A DNA stretch of 64,000 nt from Macrostomum lignano (Eukaryota). Below the pieces are notes generated by a model. It did not search any database and was not told the origin of the DNA. It worked only from the letters and a program-made list of their open reading frames with translations. The stretch lies in NCBI GenBank assembly GCA_002269645.1, contig NIVC01000525.1, positions 124,001 through 188,000 on the forward strand. The letters are read 5' to 3'. Below are positions 12,360-24,377 of the stretch, one piece after another (position 1 is the first letter of the stretch; the number at the start of each line of letters is the position of its first letter). A program made the translations under genes and the position numbers.

Positions 12360-12922
12360 AAAAATCTTTTTGCACTACTATGATTCGAACCCAGGTCGCT
12401 ACATTAGCATTCCAGTCTGTTCGCATCAGGGCTATCTCTTTTCAATTGGAGAACATGAATTGTGGCCCTTATAATTCAATTCTTACAGCAAGTCAATTGG
12501 AGTAAAAAGTTATGACATAATCAATTTCTCAGTCAGCCAGTATCAGTCTCAATTTAAGTTAGCAATATGGTTACGCAATTTAAATCAAGTCGTGTGTGCA
12601 TTTCTTCGGTACTGTTTTCAACTTGTTGTGATGCAATCTTTATCACAATCGGAATTCAGTCAGTCAGTTTTTTCTCTAGCATTCTTACAATGCATTTCAG
12701 GTCGAAAGAGCTGCTTGACCTTTGCAAAAAAGCATGTTTTTCGAATATTTAATCCCTTTAAAATTGAGCAATTTCTTAGCCAAGATGCATGTACCGTCCC
12801 AGGAAAATTTCTGATCGAATGGTGCAAGTTTGAAGAAAATCGGTTGAGCCATTTTTTCTGAAATCTATCGCATACCTACCTACCTACCTACCCACAGACA
12901 ACTCATTTTTAGTATATAGGAT
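12360..12922 (+). mobile_element. Non-autonomous Helitron/DINE-like 3' end with (ACCT)n microsatellite and a tRNA B-box-like segment
   Basis: AAGTTTGAAGAAAATCGGTTGAGCCATTTTTT..(ACCT)n..CAGACAACTCATTTTTAGTATATAGGAT resembles Lep1/DINE-type termini; GATTCGAACC at 12382-12391. Confidence 0.4.
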
Positions 12923-14294
12923 TTAAGAAGTCATCTATTACTTGAAAATACATTAGCTTGCTATATTAGCTAGTATTATTATTTCTAAGTCTAAACAATA
13001 AAAAGAATATATTTTAATAAAAAAACCTATACGAGTATATGCCCAATTTAAAAAATTTACTTGCTTTGCTGCAATTTAGTTTTTGCCTCTGGTTGCAACT
13101 TAGTTGTATCTGGCTATAATATGATCTCTGCTTTGTTTTATCATTTTTCTCTATCTTCATCTTTATCTTTTATTTGCCTTTTTTCTTCTCCTTTTGTCCA
13201 ATTTTTGGGTTTTTAACTTACTTTGGCTAGACCTCTTGCCACCTATCCAAATTAGCCAGGTTGGCTAGATGTTGGGCATGTATAAACACACACCCTTATA
13301 GATAATAAAATATGGTTTATAGATAATACTTAACTTGTCTTAGGCTTAATGCAAGTCTTAGGCTTAGGCTTTTTGTCTAAGTCACTTTGACCATCTATTA
13401 CCTTATGTTCCTAAGGAATTAGCTGATTAGATAAGATATTTAATTTAAGAGTGAAATATTTTATCTGATCATTCTTTTCTGTATCTGTCTCAATTAAAAT
13501 AATAGGGTCTGGTTGCTTACCTTCTATGCCTAGCCTGCTCTTTAAAAAAATGTCTAGAAGATAAAAATCTAATTTAAAAGTAGAAATACCAAAAAAGACT
13601 AAAATACAAATTAAAATAAAAATGTGAGATAAAATGTTAATGTAAGATTAGGGGCAATCCTTCAGTTTACAAACACCTATTTTGCTAATTTCAGTTTATG
13701 ATCACATTATAAGTTTTTTTTGCTCATTGTAAAACATAAAAACTGACAGTAGTTTTAAATGATTGTAAATGTTTTCTAATGTCAAATGTTTTCAAATGTC
13801 AGTTTGCTAGTAGCTTATATATCACCTTTGCTTTACGATCACCCAAATGTATAGCTTGTATTTCTTATTAAAATGATTGCAAACCAAAGCTGGCTATAGA
13901 AAAGTATATCAAATAGTCACAGAAAACTGCTGTCATTCTAGATCAAAGGCATTGATATATGAAATATTGAGACCACTATACTGTGGCTTCCAATTCCATG
14001 TTATACTTTTTCTATAAACTCTCAAATAGAAGCATAATGGAAATGGAAGCTCTTAGCCTTATTAAAATTAATCTTTGGTGCTATATCCTTTCACCTTTGG
14101 TTTATTATGATCATTTCCATGCACGTATTCTATTGAAATGATTGCAAACTAAAGCTGACAATACCTTTACCTTTATATGGAGTATATGGGCATTACCTTT
14201 ATAGTATTAACTTTTACCTAGCTCTTTGGTTTATAATAATTTTTATGTGCATTACATACTCAAATGATCGTAAACCAAAATTGATAGTGATATA

Positions 14295-15068
14295 CAAGGG
14301 GTGTCCCAAAAGTAGTGTTACTTTTCATTATATCTCTTGTTCTGCTGATCTAAATAATATCATTTTGCATAGATTTATAGCGGCAACTCTTTTCTTCATA
14401 TTAACTTTAACATCATTAAAAACAGACAATGGAAACAAAAGTTATGAACTAAAATGTAGCAGGACCTCAACCATAGACTTATAGTAATTTGACAAGCTAG
14501 TGGAAAGTAGCAAAAGTACTTTGGATTAAATGAACTCAAACTTCTTTGTTAGGCTGCTATGACAAAGTGATATCTATGGAAAAACTTGGAGAAGCATATA
14601 GCTTTTAAAGCAATAGAATATTTCAAACTGGGCTTCAGCTTTATTGCTTTTTGTTCCCTCCTTTTAATGCACTAAAAGTCCTGGATGTGCATTCAAGTGT
14701 TGATCAGAAGAGTGTGTTATATACCCTTTGGAGGATAGGGCACAGTTTAACCAAGATTCATGCTCAACTTTCATTGGCTCATGGGTCTATTGGAGTCATT
14801 CACCACAGTCATTTTGCAGTATTCATTACAGCCAATTACCCATTTGTGAGCTAATAATTAAAATTTTGTTAACTTGTTTACTTACTGTAAGTCTATGGTC
14901 GAGGTTCTGCTACATTTTAGTTTATAACTTTTGTTTCCATTGTCTGTTTTTAATGATGTTATTTAATATGAAGAAAAGAGTTGTTGCTATAAATCTGTGC
15001 AAAATGATGCTATTTGGATAAGCAGAACAAGAGATTGAAAAGTAACACTACTTTCGGGACACCCCTCA
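14295..15068 (+). mobile_element. Internally deleted mariner/Tc1 element
   Basis: 31-bp TIRs (CAAGGGGTGTCCCAAAAGTAGTGTTACTTTT at 14295-14325; inverse at 15038-15068, 3 mismatches), TATA flanks. Relic VDQKSVLYTLWRIGHSLTKIHAQLSLAHG resembles a mariner N-terminal HTH. Confidence 0.7.
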
Positions 15069-18000
15069 TATAAACATTGTTTAATAAACTGCTTTGTGGA
15101 CTTTTAATTTTGTGTATTTTTTGTTGGTCAATTTTGAACATGCCATTTTAAACACAAATGAGCAGCAGTTTTTGATGATACTCTTTTAACTTTTAACTCT
15201 TAATTTAACATTCTTTTCTATAGCTAGCTTTGGTTTACAATCATTTTAATGAGAAATGTACATTTAGGTGATCATAAGTAATAATAATAAGTTTGGCTCA
15301 GGCAAAGAGCCTGTTTGGCTAATATAATATAATTTATTTAATAATAATTCAAGAGGAGGCTATTAGTTTAAGTATGAGTTTTGTAAAAAAACAATAGAGC
15401 CTATAGTATTTGAAAAGATATAAGACAAAGATTGCCATATACAAAGATAGCCACAGCTGGAGATGGGGCCAAAGTCAAAAAAATGACAACTGATTTATTA
15501 TTGGATAGCATAGAAAGGGCAGATGTGGGGTTGCAAGGGGGGAGTAAGATAGACAATTAGAAGTATTTATTAATAATTAAGTTAAAGATGAAAATAGTAA
15601 GTATAGTAAGTATATTTTGTTTTACTAGGCCCTAATTGAATTTCATTATAAAATATGTTTTCTCTGAAACTTGAAGTTAGATATATATCTTGTCTCTATC
15701 ATAGCCAATAGGAAGTGAGGAAATATATAGACCTACTTCTATCCATGCAGCTATTCAGAGATATGGCCATCTTAGTATATGGCCATCTTGGTCATGCACC
15801 CTGTATGAACTTGATAGGGCAATTCTTCTAGTAAGTGATTAAAAAAAGTATATAGGTATTCAGTCAATATTAAATATCTAATGTAGATAGCTGGCAATAT
15901 TACTAAATTATTAAGCATTCAAAAAAAAGGTTTTTTAAAAAATTATAACAACTCAAAATAGGACATTTAAAAAAGCAAAGGTGATAGGCTATATAAGCTA
16001 TTAGCAATCTGATGTCTAAAAACATTTGACATTTGAAAACATTTAGGGGCCTACAATTATTTAAAACTAGGGCCTAGGCCTTACTGTCAGTTTTTGTCTT
16101 ATAACTTTTTTATATAGGCCTATATATTGATCATCACTAGGCCTATTTGAAGGGATTGTAAACCAAAGGATTGCCAGATTAGGAATGCCAATGTGTGATT
16201 ATTTGAACTGAAATGGGATTTTAGTATTTTTAATATACTTAATTTATATTATAATTTATAATAATATTAATAATTTAAATAACTGATTTTATAAATTATG
16301 TGGGTGTGCAATGTGTGGACAAAAAACCCAAACTAGGCCTGGTAGCCTAGTGCTAGCAAAAGCAGACCTAAACTTAAAAAAGCATAACATTACCTGAAGG
16401 TCACTGACTGACCCTACTTAAGAATTTTTCTGAATTAAATACAAAAATTTAATATGTTGCCAGAAAATGCAAGTCAAATTTTAAGCCTACTAGTTTGTAA
16501 CTGAGTTTGTTTGCCTACTTCTTATAAAGCACCCAAAATTTCAAAAAAACATACAAGATTGTATTATAATTTTTTAGCTGACCATCAACAAAAATTGTCC
16601 CTCATTCCTTTTTTTGCTAGGTTTTTAGTTGCTATAATAAATTTTTATAGAAACTTGAAACCCAAATTCAATATTCAAATCCATATTATTTAAATCTACC
16701 ATGGACCCAATCCAATAGGCCAATGGGTCAATGTGGAACAAATAAACGATGATAGTATACAGTATACATATACATTAATTTGAGTGACGCATTGCATAGC
16801 ATATCAGAAAATTCCAATATGAGATTGACTATAATAGTTTATTAAAACTAAACAGAGTACTTATAGGGTAGTCCCTAGGCCTAGACACAGCGGCCATGTC
16901 TCCTGCATAGCAAAATTACATATCCAATAGAAAGTGGGATGTCTCCAATGCGTAACTTTTTTGGTTGCAGGAATGTCCTTGATATGTATCCAATTTTTAT
17001 GATCCTCTAAAGAAGCTTGTTTTTAGGCCTACAAAAATGGTATAATAAATAATCAATAAAATTATAAGCATGATCTGTTCACCATTTTTCTATTTACCAT
17101 TGTGAGACACATTCTATATTAGACCTAAGGACATAGCTGCCATATCTATAAGCTCTAATATTATGGCCATGTCTAAGTATGGCTCTAACTAGGCATTATT
17201 ACTAAATAAGTTGCATTATAAATGTGTTATTATAATTATAATTATAGACACAGCCACCATGTCTCTAAGTATGGCAAAAACTAAAAGCTACCTGGCCTAA
17301 TTTTCAGTTTTGGGTTTGTATCTAGACAATGAATATAGGCCCCCAAATATAATCCAGCATAGCATAGGCCCTGTCTAATAAAAAACAGAAATCTGTTTTT
17401 GCCCACACAATTTATAAAATCTTAGGCCTAATTTTTATTTTCTTGTTATCCTTTAGTTATATTAAATTAAAGTTTAGGATACGTCTAAATAATAAATAAA
17501 ACAAACTCAATTGAAAAAGAAAACTAATATGCATAATCTAATACCATTGTACCAAAAGAATTAATAAGATTAGGCCCTATATAGAATTATTCTATTGTTA
17601 AATTTGATAAGATTATTGCCAGATTTGCTTTTGATGAATTTGTCCATGACCATAACCATAATGATTTTTTGCCAAATTTGTTTGTTGCTAAATTGATTAG
17701 GGCCTAGTACCTAAATAAATAGGCCCCCTAACCTAGGAACTAAGCAGCTAGGCCCATCTTTTAGAATCAAAATATTTAATACTTTATAATAATACTTTTA
17801 TAACAATAGAGTTGTAATGTATTTTGTTGATTATTTAGTTTAATACTAATAGTATATTAAAAATAATTTATTAAACAATCAATCACTAGGCCTATCATTT
17901 TTAATATAAATGGTTTACAATATTTGTTATATTAGATTTTTTAATCAATGCTGTCTTCCTTTTTGCAATGGCTAGAATTGTATATAAGAGGTCTAGGGGG

Positions 18001-18324
18001 CCTACAATTTTTGGGTTGATTTGGGGCTTATGTGGTCTTATCTAAAAAGTTAGGCCAATATAAGCTGATATGTCAAGTTTATACAATACAAGGTTTTTTT
18101 AATTCCTTACTTAAATACTTTTTTAAGATCATCGTTAAGTCGGTTAAGATAGTCATTTAAGATAGTCGTTAAAGATCGAAAATTTAGTCGCTCTTTAAAT
18201 ACTATATATATATATTATTGCAAAACTCGTACAACAGGTTTATGCACGAATATTTCCTGCTACTCTGGGTGTATTATTAAATACATTGAAATATATTGGC
18301 CAAAAAGGCTTCTTGCCTGAGCCA

Positions 18325-18325
18325 A

Positions 18326-18392
<67 letters not shown>
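18325..18392. repeat. (ACTT)n microsatellite
   Basis: Direct. Confidence 0.9.
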
Positions 18393-18394
<2 letters not shown>

Positions 18395-18744
18395 TCTTCC
18401 CCTCTACTTTAAACATCTCGCATTCCTTTCGGTTTACAATCACCTATTTTTTGCCACTTTTGGTTTAACGACCACCTTAAAATATTATGCTCAAATGCTC
18501 AAATCAAAAAAAGTAAATAAAAAAACAAAAAATATGCAAAGTTGAAAGTGCGGTTTGTTAGATGATGCTTATATATCAGCTTAGGTAAATGATAATTTAA
18601 AAGTGTAACGCAAATAGAAATTATTGTAAACCAAAGCTGGGTTAAAATTAATAATGTACATAATGCACATGCACTTAGGGTAAAGGTAATTTGCCAGCTT
18701 CGGTTTGCAATCATTTCAGTAGAGTTCATGTATGGAAGTGATCG

Positions 18745-19446
18745 TGTTGTGCCCGGGTGCATCACTTGCACCGATGAGCAATCTCTGGCTTTCGGTCAAG
18801 TGTGCCCGGCACTGCACACTCCCACCCCTCCCGGCCGCGTGCCTGCGTCAACCCCCCCTCTTTCTGACTGCGCCAAACTCCCCCCCCCAGTTGTGGCTGG
18901 CCTGGCCCCTCTGCCCCCCCCCCTTTTTGAGCACTTGTCAATTCCCCTCTTTTTTTGCTATATGCGCTACCCCTCCCTCAAAGGTGATTGGCCAACAAGT
19001 TGGTATTGCTCTGGGTTGTTGATAATGCTGTCTGGCGTGAAACCCTAGGGCTTACGCCAGGCAGCCTAAATAAATAGAGAACTGCTGGTGGCGGGGGGGG
19101 GGGCAAGGTGAGCGGTTGCTGTTGACGTCTGCCACTACAGAATCAATAAACTTCAACTGTGTGATGTCGAAATCTCAATACTACTATACAACCGAATTCG
19201 CCGCCTTGCCCACCGCCGTGCTGATTGGAAGTCATAAGTAAGACTCGCATCTGTATTTATTAATCATTTGGGACTCGTGTAAAGTGGGTACCGTACGCTC
19301 TAGGGACGGACTAATTGCCTTACCTCGACGCGATCCCACGCTCAGTAGCGGAGTCAGTCCGGTCAGTGGGCTGGCGCCAACTCCCAGGCTCGTTCGCTGC
19401 AGAATATTCTTAGGAAGCTGGTACGATCACGTGCAGTGACACAACA
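18745..19446 (+). repeat. 5' LTR (702 bp)
   Basis: Direct repeat of 25805-26554; TAAATAAATA near 19068, AATAAA at 19145. Confidence 0.93.
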
Positions 19447-19447
19447 T

Positions 19448-19465
19448 TGGTGCCGTGACCAGGAT
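19448..19465 (+). promoter_or_regulatory. Primer-binding site, tRNA-His type
   Basis: TGGTGCCGTGACCAGGAT, one base after the LTR; 16/18 match to the complement of the eukaryotic tRNA-His 3' end (TGGTGCCGTGACTCGGAT). Confidence 0.85.
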
Positions 19466-19612
19466 AGTTTAAGGGTTAGTTTACTAGTAGAGAACCTGGG
19501 TTGTACTTTTATGATCTAGCAGTTTCGAGTGCACTTGATCTTTAGTCTGATTTTCTGCCTAGACTGCTTGTAGTTGAATCTTTTCGTCTTGCTTCTCTTC
19601 GTCGCCGCCATA

Positions 19613-20525
19613 ATGGCCAACATCGATGCCCTAATTGACGCACTGGGCGCCAGAGTGCAGAACCAAATGAATATCGGACAGAGAGTCCCCAGACCGTCAA
19701 AGTTTGCCCTTGGACAGGACTTCCAAATTTGGTTCCAACAGTTTACAGCGTACTGTGAGGCTGCAGAAATCCCCGAGGAAGATAGGAAACAACACCTACC
19801 TAGTATGATGGACTTCAACTCAGCTTACCGAGCCATTGCCAACCTTGAGTTGCCAGACAATCTAGAGTTTGACGATTTTGTTGAGCGCCTTTCACAGCGA
19901 TTTAACCAGAATCACACTCCACAAGACAGTAAGATCGAACTGAGGGTCGGGACCACAAGAAGGTTGAATCTGTGGAAGACTATGCCGACGCCCTTCGAGA
20001 AATTGTCCGCCGGGCCTATCCGAACCTGCCGGTGGAACAGAGAGATGATTTTGCAAGAGACCGGTTCCTGCTAGGTGCCAGAATCGCTGATAGAATCCGT
20101 GAACACTTGCTACTGGTAGAATCCGGGTACCCTCGACGCAGCTTGTAGGCGTGTAAAGGCAGAGTATACATCCCTCCGCACAGCTCAATCGAGCACTGAG
20201 AAACCTTGGCCCTCAGCGAACGTATCCGCAAGTAACACGCAAGATGAGGCAGTCAGACTCCGCGAAGAGCTGAAAGAACTGAGAGCGGAGCTGCAAGTCC
20301 TGAAGGCTGGATCGGGAACTGGAGTCCGCTATCATAAGCACCCTAATCCCCAACCTTCCCAGGCTGCAGCACCAGCTCAGAGAACTTTCCAGTGTGGTCG
20401 TTGCCTTGAGACCACCCACGCGACTCAGCAATGCAGAAATCCTATAGTTTGCAATTACTGCAACCGGTCCGGTCACAAACGGGCCAGGTGTTTTAAACTG
20501 CAGAGAGACCAGCAGCAGACGGGAC
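19613..20525 (+). pseudogene. gag: gag, frameshifted, with two Zn knuckles
   Basis: MANIDALIDALG...FQIWFQQFTAYCEA...ESVEDYADALREIVRRAYP...CGRCLETH...CNYCNRSGHKRARC across at least three frameshifts. Confidence 0.85.
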
Positions 20526-23500
20526 AGGTCAGTTGTCGTGCCCTCTGCTGACGGTACCGTCCCTGTCAAGATTACGAATGTGTCGGGAGAACCTGTAGTA
20601 CTGACAAAAGGAAAGGAGATTGGCTGGTTCTCTCCCGTCCATGGCAGCCAACCAAATCATGATGAAGCACCCAAGGCACAAGTTAAACAGGTCTCTCTCG
20701 ACAAAGACTGGGATCCTGTAGAGCATCTGGGCAGCTGGGACTCGCCGGACTTGTCTGAAGACCAGCAGATGTCGATCATAAAGTTGATCCGTCAGAACAG
20801 AGATGTCTTCGCCAAGGACGATAGCGAGCTGGGTTCAACTGACCAGGCAATGCATACCATAGACACCGGGGACGCCAGGCCAACTAGAGAACCACCACGC
20901 CGCATCCCGCCGCACATAAGGCCAGAAATCGATAAAGAAATCGACAGGCTAATAGACTGCGGTAGGATCTGCGAGTGTCAATCCCCGTGGGTTAGCCCGG
21001 TCGTACCTGTACGGAAGAAGGACGGATCCATCAGGCTGTGCCTGGATTATCGCCGGCTAAACGAAGTAACCAATCCTGACCCATTTCCGCCGCCGTGAAT
21101 GGATGAAACTTTAGAGGCACTTGCAGGAAATGCTATTTTTTCAACTCTAGACTTGGCTTCAGGCTATCACCAGTGCTCGCTAGATCCTAAAGACCAACTT
21201 AAAACGGCATTTGTAGTTCCAAATAGAGGTCAGTTCGCCTGGCGATATGTGAGTTTTGGGCTAAGAAATGCCCCGGCGACTTTCGTCAAGCTGATGAACC
21301 TTGTCGTCATGGCTGGTCTGACATGGAGAGAGTGTCTTGTATATTTCGACGATATAATAGTTTTTTCAAAGTCTTACGAAGAGCATTTCGAGCGGCTGCA
21401 GCATGTTTTCGATCGCTTACGAACTGCTGGGATCCGCTTGAAAGCCAAGAAATGCCATTTCTTGTCCAAGAAAGCCAAGTTCTTAGGGCATGTCGTATCG
21501 TCTGAAGGTATTGCGACAGATCCTGCGAAGACAAAAGAAATTCGAAACTGGCCCACACCCAAGAATATAAAAGAACTGCAGTCATTTTTGGGGCTCTGCT
21601 CCTACTACAGAAATTTCGTGAATGACTTCTCAGTAAAGGCAGCCGCGTTGTTCAAGCTCATGCGCAAGGACTCACAGTTTATTTGGGGCCCAGAACAACA
21701 GCAGGCGTTTTCCGAACTCAAGCAATCGCTAACATCAGCGGAGATCATGGCCTATCCAGACTTTTCCGAGGGAGCTGGACCGTTTGTGCTGGACACCGAC
21801 GCCAGCTCAAAGATTGGGATCGGTGCAGTCTTGTCACAATGCCAACCCGATGGGTCAGAGCGCGTCATTGCCTATGGATCCAGGTCGCTGGCAGATTGTG
21901 AAAGAAACTACTGTACTACCAGACTAGAACTCCTAGCGATAGTTCACTTCGTAAAGCTGTACAAGTACTATTTGCTGGGAAGGAAATTTAAGATACGAAC
22001 AAACCATAGCGCTCTCTCGTGGTTGACAAATCTTAAGGACGTCGAGGGGCAATGTGCTAGATGGCTTGAGACGCTGCAGCGTTACGACTTTGAAAAATCG
22101 CACAGGAAGGGAATTTTCCATCAGAATGCGGATAGCCTTTCGCGGAAAGTTAGACAGCATTGGGCTCAAGACTCGTGCCCAACATGCAGCAGTCCACCCC
22201 TAGTTAAAGAACAGGTAAACGTAATGCTGGCTTGGCTGCTAAACAAAGATCATGTCAAGGAGGTTTAAAGTCAAGATCCAGCCCTGGTACGAATAAGGCA
22301 GTTTTTAGATGGCAAGGACACGCAGATAGACCCAATCATCAGTCCAACCATGAGAGAAATCTGGGCCCACCGAAATAGATAGAAGTGGACGATGAACTCT
22401 TCCTAATTCGAGTTCCAGGCACCTCGCGAAAAAAAATAGTCTTGCCTGACTGTCTCTTCGAGGAAGTCGCCAAAATCTTACACGATGGTGCAAGCGGCTG
22501 TCACCCAGGAATTAAAAAACCCAAGCGAAATTCAAACAGCGATTTTGGTGGCCGGGACTGTTCCGCAAGGTTGAAGAGTCCTGCCGGACATGCCTCGTGT
22601 GCTCAAAGTGCAAGCCAGGGCAAAGAAACAAAGCACCTCTCCAACCGATCCCAAGCTCCGCGCCGTGTCAGAGAATTATGTGCGACATAGTCGGACCGCT
22701 ACCTAAGTCAAAGAAGGGGTCAAGATTTGTGTTAACTATTCAAGATTCGTTCAGCAAGTGGCCCTGCGCTATCCCGTTGGTCAACCAGAGGGCAAAGACG
22801 GTGGCCCGTGCGATCTTCACGCACTGGATTTCATCGTTCGGCTGCCCTCGGGAGATCGTCACGGACCAGGGATCAAACTTTGAATCGGCCCTGATGAAGA
22901 GTCTATGCACGCTGTTAGACATCCGCAAATGCCGAACAACACCGTATCATCCGATGGCCGACGGCCAGGCAGAGAGTTTCAATCGCACGCTGAAGCACAT
23001 GCTGATGTGCCAGTTAGAGCAAGAGAATAAGGACTGGGAAGACTGCATCGCCCCAAGCCTGCTAGCATACCGCTCAAGCGTGCACAGAGGCACTGGATAC
23101 ACGCCGCATTACACCATGTTTGCCCGAGAGATGCAGCTCCCTGTTGATATAGATTTCTTAAGTGAGCGGATACCTGAGAGTTACCCAGAGTTCACCCATC
23201 GCTTAGCTGACAATCTTCAGCGGGCGCATGAGGCAGTGAAGGAGAACCTCAGAACCTACCAGCGGAAACAGAAGGAGTTCTACATGTACGACGGTCGGGC
23301 TCGCGGCGTTGAAATTTGAGAGGGAGACCTGGTTTTAGAGTATGATCCGGTGATAAAACCAAACGAAATACCGAAGTTCCACCGTTACTGGAAAGGTCCA
23401 GCGCGAGTCTTAGAGAAAGTTTCCGATGTAAATTTCTAAATAATGCACGAAGGGGCTCGTAGGCCGAGAGTCGTGCATTCCAATAACTTAAGGAAAGTCG

Positions 23501-23781
23501 ACGCAAACTCCAGGCAATGGCGTCCGCCGGCTCGGGAAAAACGTCGTGCAGAGGGTAGGGTCAAGGACCCTGAGCGACACTCCCGCCGGGCACCACCCGA
23601 CCCCCCGTTGCCGACCGAGCAGACCGCTGCGTATGACGATGACGAACCGGATGCCATTTGGGCTCGAAGAGTGACCCACCCGAAAGGTCAGACGGAACCT
23701 CCTCCGGTACACCAAGCCCAGCTCGTGCTAATAGGGGCGTCCCGCCTCGACGGTTCGGTAGCCCAATATTGTACTGACTGA
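20526..23781 (+). pseudogene. pol: pol (RT, RNase H, integrase with GPY/F), disrupted; protease missing
   Basis: RT: SPWVSPVVPVRKKDG, YFDD. RNase H: VLDTDAS, LELLAI. INT: HHCC, CDIVGP / TDQGSNF / QAESFNRT, WKGP. In-frame stops at 21096, 22266, 23317 and 23437; frameshift near 22520. Confidence 0.92.
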
Positions 23782-23975
23782 GCTGGGCACCTGAGCAGCC
23801 CAGTCAGGGCGTTGAGTCAAATAAAAACAATAAAAATTAATAAAAATCGTCAGAAATATGTGCTACGTGAGAGTTCTCAAGTGCGCTCGGAACTGCTGTG
23901 TACCGTATGGGTAAATAATACAAATAGCTGGTTACTGTACGCGTGGGTTAGTGGCAGAGTTACTCTGGAGACCCT

Positions 23976-24377
23976 GTGCCGAATCGGCCTGCCATTGCAG
24001 TGTCAGATCTTTACGACCTGCTGGGTGTGGAACGGTCAGCGTCCCAGAGGCAAATAAAGTCGGCGTTCCGGCAGCGCTCCTTGGCGATGCACCCCGACGA
24101 AGTCGGAATCGGAGGTACAAAGGCGTTTCAGAGAATAGTTTTCGCGCACTCTGTCCTGAGTGACCTATTTTACAGGGCTCTGTATGATAAGTTCGGAGAA
24201 GCAGCAATGTCAAACACCCTGGCTTACGCGCAGCTTTTCAGCCCCCCGCAAGGGGTCAGTTTCCCGAGTGAAGTGAAGGAAGGGTTGGAGCGAATGGGGT
24301 TCGTTGTGATCAGTGATGACGAAGGCGAGTCTGACTCACTGCCAACCGAAGTCGCGAACCGGGAGGCTGGGTCATGA
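23976..24377 (+). CDS. Retrotransposon-encoded J-domain (DnaJ/Hsp40-type) protein with acidic SIM-like tail
   Basis: DLYDLLGVERSASQRQIKSAFRQRSLAMHPDE...TKAFQRIVFAHSVLSDLFYRALYDKFGE matches the J-domain pattern; HPD at 24090-98. Frame open from 23952, GTG start. Confidence 0.85.
   Translation: MPNRPAIAVSDLYDLLGVERSASQRQIKSAFRQRSLAMHPDEVGIGGTKAFQRIVFAHSVLSDLFYRALYDKFGEAAMSNTLAYAQLFSPPQGVSFPSEVKEGLERMGFVVISDDEGESDSLPTEVANREAGS

Noticed and set aside
18728-19048. ORFs in both LTRs (also 25801-26160)
   Set aside because: They lie in C-rich U3, differ by frame-breaking indels between the LTRs and show no motif.
21096-21098. Programmed readthrough or selenocysteine at pol TGA
   Set aside because: It falls on a conserved Arg position inside RT and co-occurs with other stops and frameshifts, so simple decay is more likely.
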